Below are positions 45,950 through 56,202 of a stretch of 64,000 nt of DNA, one piece after another. The notes under the pieces are model-generated. The model was not told the origin of the DNA. It saw only the letters and a program-made list of their open reading frames with translations, and searched no databases. Each line of letters starts with the position of its first letter. The stretch's first letter is position 1. The position numbers were made by a program, and so were the translations under genes. Location of the stretch: NCBI GenBank assembly GCA_934130105.1, contig CAKOXL010000003.1, forward strand, positions 2,406 through 66,405, written 5' to 3'. The DNA comes from an uncultured Bacilli bacterium (lineage in GTDB: Bacteria > Bacillota_I > Bacilli_A > RF39 > UBA660).

Positions 45950-46777
45950 TCATAATATTTCTAATTGGTTAATCCTAATAATTCTTTTTTGATTATTAAT
46001 ACAAAATTCTATAAATTCAAATAAGTTCATATTCTTCAAATTATAATCAATAACATATCTATCTATTTCAAAAACTATACCATCGCGCATCATATAGCTT
46101 GGAAAATCTTCTTTATCAGCCCCTAAATACATTAACCAATATGGATAAATTTGTCTTTTTAAGAACGTTAATGTTTTATCACCTTGTTGATAAGTACTAA
46201 CACCACTAAGTCTTGTATAAAGTTCACTAGTAGCAAATTCCAAAATGACATCAACAAATTCTTTATATTTTTTCTCAAACTTACCAAGCTCATTTTTTAT
46301 TATATAATAAAATATACTACTAAGTACTAATGGCCCATTCTTTAAATCTTTTTTATTACCCCAACCAATCGTTGTACATCCTTCTTTAACTAAAACCGAA
46401 TCCATAATGGGATGAAGAACAACTATATCATAGTTTTCTTTTAATGGAAACTTCAAAATATCTTTAATATTTTTATTTAAATCTTTTTTATATTGATCCC
46501 AAATTTTCAATAATCCCAATCTATGTTTTTCAGTATCATCTTTCAAAGTAATAAATAAATCAGTCTCAAAAACTAAATTATATAAAGTATCATCATCCGG
46601 AATAAAGTTTTTAATATCAGAAAGCATTTCATCTTTATCTTTGGAAATACTATTATACTGTTTACGATAAGTTGTATATAACTTTTGTTTAAAGGTATGA
46701 ACAACCTCAGAAAAAGAACTTCCAAATAATAGATTCCATGTTAATAAATAGTCACTCAATAAAAAATGAAGTCTCAT
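45950..46777 (-). CDS. Hypothetical protein (about 275 aa) between polC and dnaE
   Basis: Clean ORF with the start at M13 following AAAGGTAG. No recognisable motif or TM segment. Confidence 0.5.
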   Translation of the reverse strand: MRLHFLLSDYLLTWNLLFGSSFSEVVHTFKQKLYTTYRKQYNSISKDKDEMLSDIKNFIPDDDTLYNLVFETDLFITLKDDTEKHRLGLLKIWDQYKKDLNKNIKDILKFPLKENYDIVVLHPIMDSVLVKEGCTTIGWGNKKDLKNGPLVLSSIFYYIIKNELGKFEKKYKEFVDVILEFATSELYTRLSGVSTYQQGDKTLTFLKRQIYPYWLMYLGADKEDFPSYMMRDGIVFEIDRYVIDYNLKNMNLFEFIEFCINNQKRIIRINQLEIL

Positions 46778-46967
46778 TCTATCACTACCTTTTCTATAAA
46801 TACAATATATCATAAAATTATATGAGATGAAACTATTTTTCCTAGTTTTAACGACTTTTTAATGCAAGTTAACTAATACTTAACCTATTTATTATTTACT
46901 TGCATTAATTTACATTTATATATATTCAAGACTAAAATCTGTAATAAAATAAAGGCTAATATTTACA

Positions 46968-49904
46968 TTAATTAAGCTTCTTAATTTTACTAACAACAAT
47001 TTGATAACTATCAAATCTTTTTTCAACTTTACCATTTATACTTAAAACATCACCAATTTTAATATCAGAATAACTTTGATATATTTTAGGAAATAGGATA
47101 AAATTAGCCATAGAATATTCATCACTTCCATCAAAAAACATCATATCATCACCGTTTTTTGTCCTAGTTGTTTTTATTCTTTCAACAAGTACTACAACAT
47201 TTATATTTTTATCAAAATAATTAGAAATCAAATTAAGAGAAATATCATGATTAACATCATTTTTGTAGAATGAAACCGGATGGTTACTTAAATAAATTCC
47301 AAATAACTCTTTTTCCATACGAATCAAATCATAATTAGAATATTCTTCCTTAACTTCAAGTTCTGGTTTTAAAACATATTGAGGATCAAGAGTATCAATC
47401 AATTCACTATAATTAATAATAGCATCAAGATTATCTATATATGTTTTTCTATTAATATTAAAGCAATCAAAGCACCCAGCTAATATAAGTGATTCTAATA
47501 CATTACGATTAAGTCCCTTAACTTTTGTTAAAAAATCAAAAATATCACTGTAACCATCCCCACGTTTTGATACAATTTGATTACAAATAACACTACCAAT
47601 TCCATGAATACCAGAAAATGGATAATAAATTCCATCAGGAAAAACCGTAAAACTGCAATCACTATGATTAATACATGGTTTTAAGACACTTATTTTTAAG
47701 TTTTTTACCTCCATAATATATTCTTTTAGTTTCTCATCACTTCCAATAACAGAAGTAAGTAAGCTGCTATAAAAATATTTTGGATAATAATATTTTAAAT
47801 ATGCCATTTTATAAGCAATCATAGAATAAGCAACTGAATGGCTACGATTAAACCCATAATTAGCAAAACTCAAAATTAAATCAAAAATCTGTTTACTCGT
47901 TTCGCTAGAATGTCCATTTTGAACACATTTTGAAATAAATCTTTCTTCTTCCGCTTTCAAAACATCCATCTTTTTCTTGCTCATAGCACGCCTTAAGATA
48001 TCAGCTTCGCCTAATGTATAACCTGCTAAAGAATTAGCTATTTGCATAATTTGTTCCTGGTAAATAATAATGCCATATGTACTTTTTAAAATTGGTTCTA
48101 ATGCATAATCTAAATAAGTAATTTCTTCTAAACCATGTTTTCTTCTAATATAAGAGTCAATATTTTGAGCTGGACCAGGTCTAAATAAAGCAATTGCAGC
48201 AAAAATATCCTCAAATGAATTAGGTTTTAGTTTCTTAAGAAAATTTTTCATCCCTTCACTTTCAAATTGAAAAATACCAGTTGTATCTGCTCTAGCAAAT
48301 AAATTAAGTACATTTTTATCATCAAGCAAAATACTATTAAAATCAATTTTTATTTTTTCAACTTTAAAAATATCATCTATTATATTCATAATAGTAGTTA
48401 ACGTTTTAAGTCCCAAGAAGTCCATCTTTAATAATCCTAATTCCTCAAGATACTCCATTGTATAGCCTGTCAAATACATACCATCAGATACAGTTAATGG
48501 AATAACATCATCTAAATCCTTCTTACACATAACTATACCAGCAGCATGACTAGAGATATGCCTTGGAAATCCTTCAATAAAAGATGCTACTTTAAATAAT
48601 TTTATTAACCTTTCATCACTATCTATCATTCTTTTAAACTCAGGATCTTTTGCATAAAAATCTTTTAATTTAAGTTTAGTAAAATTAGGAATTTTCTTAG
48701 TAATCAAATCAACTTGATAAGTAGCTACATTTAAAACTCTGCTAACATCTCTAAGTGATTGTTTAGCTGCCAAAGTACCAAAAGTAACAATTCCACTAAC
48801 TCGTTTACTACCGTATTTATTAACAACATAATTAATCACCTGATCACGATATATATCAGGAAAATCAGTATCAATATCAGGCATAGTAACTCTTTCTGGA
48901 TTTAAAAATCTTTCAAATAATAAATCATATTTTATAGGGTCTATATCAGTAATACCAAGTGAATAACATACAAGCGAACCAGCACCACTACCACGACCAG
49001 GTCCTACTAGTATTTTATTTTTCTTAGCATATTTGATAAAATCATAGACAACTAAGAAATAATTTGAAAAGCCCATTTTTAGAATAATATCTAACTCATA
49101 ATTAAGCCTATTAGCATAACTTTCTCTAACTTTTCCTTGAAATCTCTTATTTAAACCAAAGCTAGATAATTTTACCAAATATTCATGACTACTTAAGCCA
49201 TTTGTCTCACTGTAAATAGGTAATAATAATTCTGATTTTGGAAATTCTAAATTACATAAATCAGCTATTTTATTTGTTGTAAATAAACCTTCATTACTAG
49301 TTAGTTCATAAATATTAGGAATATCTAACGAAAAATTATCAACTTCATAATTAACATTATCAGCTATCGTTTTTCCATCTCTTATCATGTATAAGTATTT
49401 TAAATACTCACTATCATTCTCATTAATATATAAATTTTTTCTTAAAAATACTATATTATTAGTAATAGACTTAGCATCATTTTCCTCTTTATTATTAGAA
49501 TATCCTAAATATAACTCATCAATAATACTAGTAAGCAACTTATAGGTATTTAAAAACTGTACAGGAACAATTACGATAACTGAATTATGATACTTTAAAA
49601 TATCATCAATTTCTACTTTTCTTTCAGACTGAATAGTAGAAAGTTTTATTAATGTTTTATAACCAACATAGTCTTTAGCATACATTAAAATAGTATCATT
49701 TTCTAATGATATTTCAAGTCCTATAATTGGCTTAATATTTAGACCTTTACACTTTTTATAAAACTCCATTACACCAAACATATTATTGTCAGTAATAGCT
49801 ACTTGAGAATAATTATGATTCTTTAAAAAATGTAATAAATTATCAATACTAATTAAACTAGATAATAATGAATAGTTAGTTTTTACATAAAGCGGTGTGT
49901 ACAT
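46968..49904 (-). CDS. dnaE: DNA polymerase III alpha subunit DnaE (short Firmicutes type)
   Basis: N-terminal PHP (LYVKTNYSLLSS), GPGRGSGAGSLVCYSLGITDIDP, MPDIDTDF, and a C-terminal OB region. RBS AGGAGG. Confidence 0.92.
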   Translation of the reverse strand: MYTPLYVKTNYSLLSSLISIDNLLHFLKNHNYSQVAITDNNMFGVMEFYKKCKGLNIKPIIGLEISLENDTILMYAKDYVGYKTLIKLSTIQSERKVEIDDILKYHNSVIVIVPVQFLNTYKLLTSIIDELYLGYSNNKEENDAKSITNNIVFLRKNLYINENDSEYLKYLYMIRDGKTIADNVNYEVDNFSLDIPNIYELTSNEGLFTTNKIADLCNLEFPKSELLLPIYSETNGLSSHEYLVKLSSFGLNKRFQGKVRESYANRLNYELDIILKMGFSNYFLVVYDFIKYAKKNKILVGPGRGSGAGSLVCYSLGITDIDPIKYDLLFERFLNPERVTMPDIDTDFPDIYRDQVINYVVNKYGSKRVSGIVTFGTLAAKQSLRDVSRVLNVATYQVDLITKKIPNFTKLKLKDFYAKDPEFKRMIDSDERLIKLFKVASFIEGFPRHISSHAAGIVMCKKDLDDVIPLTVSDGMYLTGYTMEYLEELGLLKMDFLGLKTLTTIMNIIDDIFKVEKIKIDFNSILLDDKNVLNLFARADTTGIFQFESEGMKNFLKKLKPNSFEDIFAAIALFRPGPAQNIDSYIRRKHGLEEITYLDYALEPILKSTYGIIIYQEQIMQIANSLAGYTLGEADILRRAMSKKKMDVLKAEEERFISKCVQNGHSSETSKQIFDLILSFANYGFNRSHSVAYSMIAYKMAYLKYYYPKYFYSSLLTSVIGSDEKLKEYIMEVKNLKISVLKPCINHSDCSFTVFPDGIYYPFSGIHGIGSVICNQIVSKRGDGYSDIFDFLTKVKGLNRNVLESLILAGCFDCFNINRKTYIDNLDAIINYSELIDTLDPQYVLKPELEVKEEYSNYDLIRMEKELFGIYLSNHPVSFYKNDVNHDISLNLISNYFDKNINVVVLVERIKTTRTKNGDDMMFFDGSDEYSMANFILFPKIYQSYSDIKIGDVLSINGKVEKRFDSYQIVVSKIKKLN

Positions 49905-50058
49905 AATTATTCCTCCTGTTAATATCTTACCACAAATTACTATGATTTACTTAAAAATAAAATTAAAAACTGCCTAATAATAGGTAATAATATAGAATTA
50001 ATTAAAAGCAAGATAAAAAATAAATATAGATAAAAACTAACAAAATAAGGTAAAATAT

Positions 50059-50087
50059 TTGACTAAAATTAAAATATATGATAAAGT
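50059..50087 (+). promoter_or_regulatory. Sigma-A promoter for rpmB (TTGACT-17-TAAAGT)
   Basis: TTGACT at 50059-50064, a 17-nt spacer, TAAAGT at 50082-50087. Confidence 0.45.
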
Positions 50088-50130
50088 TATAAGCGCAAGT
50101 TAATTTATGTATCAAAAGGAGGAAGTTGAA

Positions 50131-50322
50131 ATGGCAGTTAAAGTTACCAATAAAAAACCTTTATTCGGAAATAAACGTTCTCATGCTTTAAACGCAACTC
50201 GTAAAAAACAAGGTGTTAATCTTCAAGTTGTTAGATTAGAAGATGGAACAAGAGTTAGAGTAAGCGCTAGAGAATTAAGAACAGCAAGAAAAGATGTAAA
50301 AGTTGAAGAAGTTACTGAATAG
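50131..50322 (+). CDS. rpmB: 50S ribosomal protein L28
   Basis: MAVKVTNKKPLFGNKRSHALNATRKKQGVNLQVV. ATG at 50131 follows AAAGGAGG. The track's upstream start at 50107 has no RBS. Confidence 0.9.
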   Translation: MAVKVTNKKPLFGNKRSHALNATRKKQGVNLQVVRLEDGTRVRVSARELRTARKDVKVEEVTE

Positions 50323-50350
50323 TACTTCTTTTTATTTTTAATAACAACCA

Positions 50351-50384
50351 AAAAAGCACCCTAAATAAAATAGGATGCTTTTTT
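50351..50384. terminator. Bidirectional terminator between rpmB (+) and valS (-)
   Basis: Stem GCACCCTA (50356-50363) pairs with TAGGATGC (50371-50378) with one mismatch. It is flanked by A5 and T6. Confidence 0.6.
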
Positions 50385-50391
50385 ATATAAA

Positions 50392-52926
50392 TTATTTATT
50401 TTCTAAGATTGCTAGTTTTTCTTTTTCTTCTAATAGTTTCTTTCTATCAGCTTCAACTATATTAGCTGGTGCTTTATTTACATAATTACTATTAGCAAGT
50501 AAGTTTTCACGTCTTTCAATAGAAGCTTTTAATTTATTAATTTCTTCTAATTTTTTAGATTCATCTTCCTTATTTCCTTGATAGTAGTAAGTAATATCAA
50601 TATTTTTTGACTGATAATTACTACTTAACATATCAGTAATTTCACTATCTACTAAGTTTTCTTCTTTTATTTTAAGTTGTGAATAATAAATAGATTTAAG
50701 TAATTGATCAACTGTTACTTTTACCTTAGCATCTTTAGTTATATTATTAGATTGTTTTAAGTTACGAATAGAAACAATATCTTCTAATACCTTATCAATA
50801 GTTTCTAATTCACTTGTATAATTATAATCTTCCGCAACAGGATACTTAGAAATCATAATTGATTTTGCATCCTTTATTGGTAACATCTGATAAATTTCTT
50901 CCGTTACATAAGGCATAAATGGATGAAGCATTTTAAGAATAGATGTTAATACCTTTAACAGTACACTCTTCGTTGTATCATTCATATTAGCTTTAGAAAG
51001 TTCAATATACCAGTCACAGAAATCTTCCCAAATAAAGCTATAAAGTTCATTTCCAACATTATGATATTCATATTTTTCCATGCTTTCTCTAACACTTTTA
51101 ATAAGTCTATTTAACTTTTCTAAAATCCATTTATCTGTTAATGATAAGCCTTCTAAAGTATAATTTTCTTCTTTAAAATCTTCCATATTCATTAATACAT
51201 AACGAGAAGCATTCCATAATTTATTAACAAAATTCCAAGTAGATTTTACTTTTTCCTCATCATATCTTAAATCCATACCAGGTGCACTATTTGTAGTTAA
51301 GAAAAATCTTAAGGAGTCTGCTCCATATTCTTCAATAACATCCATAGGGTCAACACCATTACCAAGTGATTTAGACATTTTTCTACCAATTTTATCACGA
51401 ATAAGGCCATGAATTAGGCAATCCTTAAATGGTCTAGAATTAGTAAAGTGAAGTCCTTGGAAAGTCATACGATTTACCCAGAATGGAATAATATCATATC
51501 CTGTTACTAAACAGTTATTAGGATAATATCTTTCTAAATCTTCTGTCTTATCTGGCCAACCTAATGTTGAGAATGGCCATAAAGCACTACTAAACCAAGT
51601 ATCTAAAACATCACTATCTTGTACCCAACCATCTTCCTTAGGTGCTTCCATTCCTACATATACTTGATCACCCTTATACCAAGCAGGGATTCTATGACCC
51701 CACCATAATTGACGAGAAATACACCAATCATAAGTAATTTCCATCCAGTGATTCATCGTTTTTTCATATCTTTCTGGCACAAAGTTTACTTTGGTATCTT
51801 TATTTTTTTGATTTTCTAAAACTCTATCTGCTAAAGGTCTCATCTTTACAAACCATTGTTTAGATAAATATGGCTCAACTACTGCATCACTTCTCTCACT
51901 ATGACCAACACTATGAGTCATTGGTTCAATAGAAATTAGTAAATCCTCTTTCTTTAAATCTTCTAATAATTTTTCTCTACATTCTTCTCTAGTTAAACCA
52001 CAGTATTTTCCGGCATTTTCATTCATAGTAGCATCTGGATTCATGACCACAATTCTTTCTAAATTATGACGATTACCTACTTCAAAATCGTTAGGATCAT
52101 GGGCAGGCGTAATTTTAACTACACCAGTTCCAAATTCAGGATCAGCATGCATATCCACGACAATAGGAATTAATTTACCAACAATAGGTAAGATTACCTT
52201 TTTACCAATTAAATCTTTATATCTAGTATCATCTGGATTAACAGCAACAGCAGTATCTCCAAATAATGTTTCAGGACGAGTTGTCGCAACATCTAGATAC
52301 ATACTCTTATCTTCTAAATAATATTTTAAATGATAGAAAGCTCCCTCATCATCTTTATAAATAACCTCTTCATTTGATAAAGCTGTCATCTGAACAGGAT
52401 CCCAGTTAATAATTCTTTCTCCCCTATAAATTAAACCTTGATTATATAAATCAACAAATACACGTCTTACTGCTTTTGATAATCCTTCATCTAAAGTAAA
52501 TCTTTCTCTAGAATAATCTAATGATAACCCTAAAGTCTTCCACTGTCTATGAATATTTTCTGCATATTCCTTTTTCCAGTCCCAAGCAACTTTTAACCAC
52601 TCTTCTCTATCCATATCACGTGGTTTAATTCCTTGTTCCTTTAATTTTTTATCAACTTTAGCTTGGGTTGCGATACCAGCATGATCCATTCCAGGAAGCC
52701 ACAAAGCATCATACCCGTCCATTCTTTTATAACGAACCATAATATCTTGTAGTGTTGTATCCCAAGCATGTCCCAAATGAAGTTTACCAGTTACATTAGG
52801 TGGTGGTATTACGACACAAAAAGGCACCTTACTCTTATCTTTTCCTGCTTCAAAGAAACCATTATCTTTCCAAAAATCATACTTATTTTCTTCTACTATT
52901 TTATGATCATATTTTTTATCTAACAT
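50392..52926 (-). CDS. valS: Valine--tRNA ligase
   Basis: HIGH motif [20 protein letters not shown] motif KMSKSLGN, and a C-terminal coiled coil. It overlaps the upstream HD-domain gene by about 11-20 nt depending on the start (ATG at 52926 or GTG at 52935). Confidence 0.93.
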   Translation of the reverse strand: MLDKKYDHKIVEENKYDFWKDNGFFEAGKDKSKVPFCVVIPPPNVTGKLHLGHAWDTTLQDIMVRYKRMDGYDALWLPGMDHAGIATQAKVDKKLKEQGIKPRDMDREEWLKVAWDWKKEYAENIHRQWKTLGLSLDYSRERFTLDEGLSKAVRRVFVDLYNQGLIYRGERIINWDPVQMTALSNEEVIYKDDEGAFYHLKYYLEDKSMYLDVATTRPETLFGDTAVAVNPDDTRYKDLIGKKVILPIVGKLIPIVVDMHADPEFGTGVVKITPAHDPNDFEVGNRHNLERIVVMNPDATMNENAGKYCGLTREECREKLLEDLKKEDLLISIEPMTHSVGHSERSDAVVEPYLSKQWFVKMRPLADRVLENQKNKDTKVNFVPERYEKTMNHWMEITYDWCISRQLWWGHRIPAWYKGDQVYVGMEAPKEDGWVQDSDVLDTWFSSALWPFSTLGWPDKTEDLERYYPNNCLVTGYDIIPFWVNRMTFQGLHFTNSRPFKDCLIHGLIRDKIGRKMSKSLGNGVDPMDVIEEYGADSLRFFLTTNSAPGMDLRYDEEKVKSTWNFVNKLWNASRYVLMNMEDFKEENYTLEGLSLTDKWILEKLNRLIKSVRESMEKYEYHNVGNELYSFIWEDFCDWYIELSKANMNDTTKSVLLKVLTSILKMLHPFMPYVTEEIYQMLPIKDAKSIMISKYPVAEDYNYTSELETIDKVLEDIVSIRNLKQSNNITKDAKVKVTVDQLLKSIYYSQLKIKEENLVDSEITDMLSSNYQSKNIDITYYYQGNKEDESKKLEEINKLKASIERRENLLANSNYVNKAPANIVEADRKKLLEEKEKLAILENK

Positions 52927-53674
52927 CTTCTTCACCTACTCCGCTATTAATCTTATCGAAACAAACCTCTCTTAATTTCTTCCATAATTTTTCACTATCA
53001 CTAGCTACATCAACCATTGATAAATAAAAATCAAAATTATCAGTTTGAACTAAAATATCAAAACTCTCATTAAAGTTAATATCAAACACAAATGCTAAAC
53101 GAGAAACTGTTTTATCTGTTTCTGACTTTATCAAATGATTATTAATTTCATGATTTAAACTAAATTCCTTTAAAACTTCACTAGATACCTCATCAGCTTT
53201 AAAAACTTCATGGTTTTTTAGTGCAAGTACCCTAAATATATCAACCTTATCCATATCTCTAATCATTTTTGAAAATAATAATTCTTCATCATTCATATCA
53301 TCGTCGATCAAATATTTATTATGATTTTTAATAGCCTTTCTTATTATATTATCATACTTATCATCTACCACAAAATCCCTTATATGCCCCTCATCAAATA
53401 AGTAGTAACATGCTGCATCAGCATGATCCATATTAGTCTTTATATCAGAAAGATCATTAAATATCTTTATTTGTTCAAATCTACCTATATCATGTAAAAG
53501 TCCAATAACTTGAGCAAGTTCTAATTCCTGTTCATTAAGATTAAGCCTAAAAGCAAGTTCTGCCATTAAAGAAACGACCTTATAAGTGTGCTTGTACTTA
53601 AAATTAATTAAATCACTAGTTAAATCATAGTTTTCCATATACCTTTCAAAGGCTAATTTTGCATATTCATACAT
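52916..53674 (-). CDS. HD-domain phosphohydrolase
   Basis: HD motif [10 protein letters not shown]...HADAACYYL. The start at MYEYAKL (53674) follows AAGGAGG. The longer track ORF would run into the T-box terminator. Confidence 0.7.
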   Translation of the reverse strand: MYEYAKLAFERYMENYDLTSDLINFKYKHTYKVVSLMAELAFRLNLNEQELELAQVIGLLHDIGRFEQIKIFNDLSDIKTNMDHADAACYYLFDEGHIRDFVVDDKYDNIIRKAIKNHNKYLIDDDMNDEELLFSKMIRDMDKVDIFRVLALKNHEVFKADEVSSEVLKEFSLNHEINNHLIKSETDKTVSRLAFVFDINFNESFDILVQTDNFDFYLSMVDVASDSEKLWKKLREVCFDKINSGVGEEDVR

Positions 53675-53902
53675 AAAAAAATTCCTCCTTATCACAATAA
53701 GGACGAATTAAATCCGCGGTACCACCTTAATTTATTCTAAAAGAATACTCTTCATTTCTTATTAACGGTAAGACCGTAATTAGCTACTAAAATCACTAAT
53801 TCAACTCAATCGCTACAAATTTATAATCATTTATCTATTTTCACCAACCATAGACTCTCTACTAAACTAGTATAAATTCCTCGACTTCAAAGTATTTAAC
53901 TA
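53675..53902 (-). promoter_or_regulatory. T-box leader (tRNA-sensing riboswitch), presumably Val-specific, controlling the HD gene and valS
   Basis: The minus strand contains AGAGAG (AG box), GGUGAAAA (distal loop), ACCGUUAA (F-box) and the T-box sequence AAUUAAGGUGGUACCGCGG. A terminator follows (GUCCUUAU-UGUG-AUAAGGAG plus U7) that overlaps the RBS. Val codons GUA and GUU lie on the 3' side of stem I. Confidence 0.85.
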
Positions 53903-53908
53903 GTATTT

Positions 53909-53937
53909 ATTATATATTTTTTTCTAAAACTTGTAAA
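53909..53937 (-). promoter_or_regulatory. Sigma-A promoter for the T-box leader (TTTACA-17-TATAAT)
   Basis: The -35 TTTACA is at plus 53932-53937, the spacer is 17 nt, and the -10 TATAAT is at plus 53909-53914. Confidence 0.6.
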
Positions 53938-54089
53938 TAATTAATAAGTATTTTCTTATAAAGAAAAAAGCATAAACCATATAATATTATTATAATCCAT
54001 ATTTTATAAGCGCTAATTATACTTTTTTTTACTTAATTATTTTTACACCAAAAATGTCAATATAATTACTTTAGCATATATTAAAGTGG

Positions 54090-54317
54090 GTGAAAATTAT
54101 GTTTAAACAAAAAGGACATGGTTTTTTTTGCAGGTGTGAAGCATGTAAAGTAAAAAGAAGAAGCAGTCTATGGTACATGGGATGTTTATTTTCTCTACTA
54201 ATTATTTTAATGTGGCAAGTACTATTTACAATTTTTATTACTACTAGACTAAATGCTTTTTTAATATTTTTACTAATGCTACTAGTTATTATTGGCTTTA
54301 TTAGAATTATTTTTTAA
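54090..54317 (+). CDS. Possible small membrane protein with an N-terminal CxC...CxxC-like motif
   Basis: GTG at 54090 or ATG at 54099 follows GTGGGTGA. FFCRCEACKVKRR is followed by two hydrophobic helices. The 3' end overlaps the convergent ysxE-like gene by 36 nt. It could be spurious. Confidence 0.3.
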   Translation: MKIMFKQKGHGFFCRCEACKVKRRSSLWYMGCLFSLLIILMWQVLFTIFITTRLNAFLIFLLMLLVIIGFIRIIF

Positions 54318-55172
54318 ATAGGTTAAAACTTTATTCATATAAAAAATCAGATTACTAACTTGTTTGGTTTTAGCATATTCATTAGAACTTAGATCTATCT
54401 TATCAGGTATTAGAAGAATAGACATAAGTAAATAATATTCTTCTTTTTTTAATGGATATTTTGACTCATATATTTCTAAGATACTTTCCAAATTAACATG
54501 AAAATAATTATTTCGATACAATGTTTCTAAATCATAAATAGGTAAATCAACTCTTGATTTATCCCAACTAATTAAATATAAATCATCACCCTCTATTAAG
54601 TGATCATAATTCAAGTTACCATGAATATAAGCAAGTCTTATTTTTTTTACTTCTTTAATAACATCATACCATTTTTCAATATATTCTCTACTTTTATTAA
54701 TAGCTAAATAAAGTATTGATACATTTCTTACAAGCAAATAATTAGCAGGTGACATATATACTTCAAGTTCAATCATATTTTGTAGTTCATTATAGTAATT
54801 AATCATCTTTTCTTGTTTATTTATTATACTTTCATAAATGTTTTTTAAATAATCTTCATCAACATCCTTATAAAATGTAGTTTTAATATGAAGGATGCTT
54901 GCTAGATACACTAAATCTTCTATCTTCTGCTCTAGTGGTGTATCCTTTTCTTCTATATAATCAGTTAATTCTATTTCATCATTCATACTAGAATAAACTT
55001 TAGGAAAGTTATTAAAATGTCTAGTTATTAAATAACTAAACGGATCAACTTTCCTATTTATTTTTTTTATAACATATTTTTTATCGCCAGCTGTAATTAT
55101 AGATGCTAAACCTTTTTTACTAATAGCATCAGGTTTAATACCATAGTAATCTAATACTTCTTTCTTATTCAT
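54282..55172 (-). CDS. ysxE: CotS/YsxE-family spore coat kinase-like protein
   Basis: Aminoglycoside-phosphotransferase-like catalytic region AYIHGNLNYDHLI...LISWDKSRVDLPIYDL. Its position immediately after the spoVID-like gene and before valS mirrors B. subtilis spoVID-ysxE-valS. Confidence 0.55.
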   Translation of the reverse strand: MNKKEVLDYYGIKPDAISKKGLASIITAGDKKYVIKKINRKVDPFSYLITRHFNNFPKVYSSMNDEIELTDYIEEKDTPLEQKIEDLVYLASILHIKTTFYKDVDEDYLKNIYESIINKQEKMINYYNELQNMIELEVYMSPANYLLVRNVSILYLAINKSREYIEKWYDVIKEVKKIRLAYIHGNLNYDHLIEGDDLYLISWDKSRVDLPIYDLETLYRNNYFHVNLESILEIYESKYPLKKEEYYLLMSILLIPDKIDLSSNEYAKTKQVSNLIFYMNKVLTYLKNNSNKANNN

Positions 55173-56028
55173 TATTACAGCAAGGTATAATTAGTTTGCT
55201 TCCTGCTTTTACTTCATCTAAATTATTATAATTCTGTAATTCTTCACGTGTTGTTTTATATTTGTCTATAATTGATTCAATAGTATCCATATCTCTTACT
55301 ATATAAACATAATAAGTTGAGAATGTTTCTTCACTTGATGAAAGTGATGAAAAAATAGAACCAACATTAGTTGACTGTTTAACATTATCTACTGCTAAAT
55401 TATTATTGTTATTATTACCGTTATTGTTATTATCATTAACTTTAGAATTAATTGACTCAACAGCATCTGTTTTTATATCTTCTTCTATTTGTTTATTCAA
55501 TTTATCAAGTGGATCATCATTTGTCTTAATTTCAAGTTTTTCTTTTACCTCATCAACTTCAACCGGAATAGGAATAACATCATCATTATCATTTGCACGC
55601 ACTAATTTACTATTATAAAGTTCTAATTCCTCTATATCATCATTTTTATCATCAACATTATCAAGTACTAACTTAGAAGGAGATTGTTGTACTAATTCTT
55701 CTTTTTCTTCCAAACCATTAATATCTATTTCGACATTTATTTTTAAATCCTCTTCATTTATTATTTCGAAATAAAAGTCTCCAATAGCTATTTCCATATT
55801 TTTAGTATCATAATTTGAACCAAGCTCAATCATAAAAGGTAATTTATAGTGAAACTCTTCCTCTATTTGGCTTGCATCAGTCATTTTATAAGTACCATCT
55901 ACTAAAATATCACCTTCTATTTCATCATCGTTTGTAAGTTTTAGTGAATGTTTTACTTCTATATCAGTAATTTCAGCAATCATAGTTCTAAAAGTAATCG
56001 TCTTTGTAAAAGGTATAGTCCTTTTCAT
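55165..56028 (-). CDS. spoVID: SpoVID-like spore morphogenetic protein (N-terminal SpoVID-type domain, acidic/Asn-rich middle, C-terminal LysM)
   Basis: C-terminal LysM YYVYIVRDMDTIESIIDKYKTTREELQNYNNLDEVKAGSKLIIP, an acidic low-complexity centre, and synteny with lon and ysxE/valS. Confidence 0.55.
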   Translation of the reverse strand: MKRTIPFTKTITFRTMIAEITDIEVKHSLKLTNDDEIEGDILVDGTYKMTDASQIEEEFHYKLPFMIELGSNYDTKNMEIAIGDFYFEIINEEDLKINVEIDINGLEEKEELVQQSPSKLVLDNVDDKNDDIEELELYNSKLVRANDNDDVIPIPVEVDEVKEKLEIKTNDDPLDKLNKQIEEDIKTDAVESINSKVNDNNNNGNNNNNNLAVDNVKQSTNVGSIFSSLSSSEETFSTYYVYIVRDMDTIESIIDKYKTTREELQNYNNLDEVKAGSKLIIPCCNNE

Positions 56029-56170
56029 AATATCCCTCTTTTCTATTAAATACTATGCTATTAAAAAAACAAAAGAACAGAAATTAAAATTTTTATTTAA
56101 GTAAATTGTTCTAGATATTTACGTCAAAATAAATAAAGCTGCAATATAAAAAGTGTAAACTATTTACACA

Positions 56171-56202
56171 TTAAAAAAGACTAAAAAATAGCCTTTTTAG
56201 TC
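56171..56202 (-). terminator. Terminator overlapping the lon stop codon
   Basis: Stem GACTAAAAA (56179-56187) pairs with TTTTTAGTC (56194-56202). On the minus strand it is followed by TTTTTTAA. Confidence 0.65.

Noticed and set aside
46880-46930. 9-bp inverted repeat AATGCAAGT...ACTTGCATT with a 27-nt loop downstream of dnaE
   Set aside because: No U-tract follows on either strand, so it is not a canonical terminator. It occurs only once and has no obvious partner motif, so there is too little evidence for a regulatory call.
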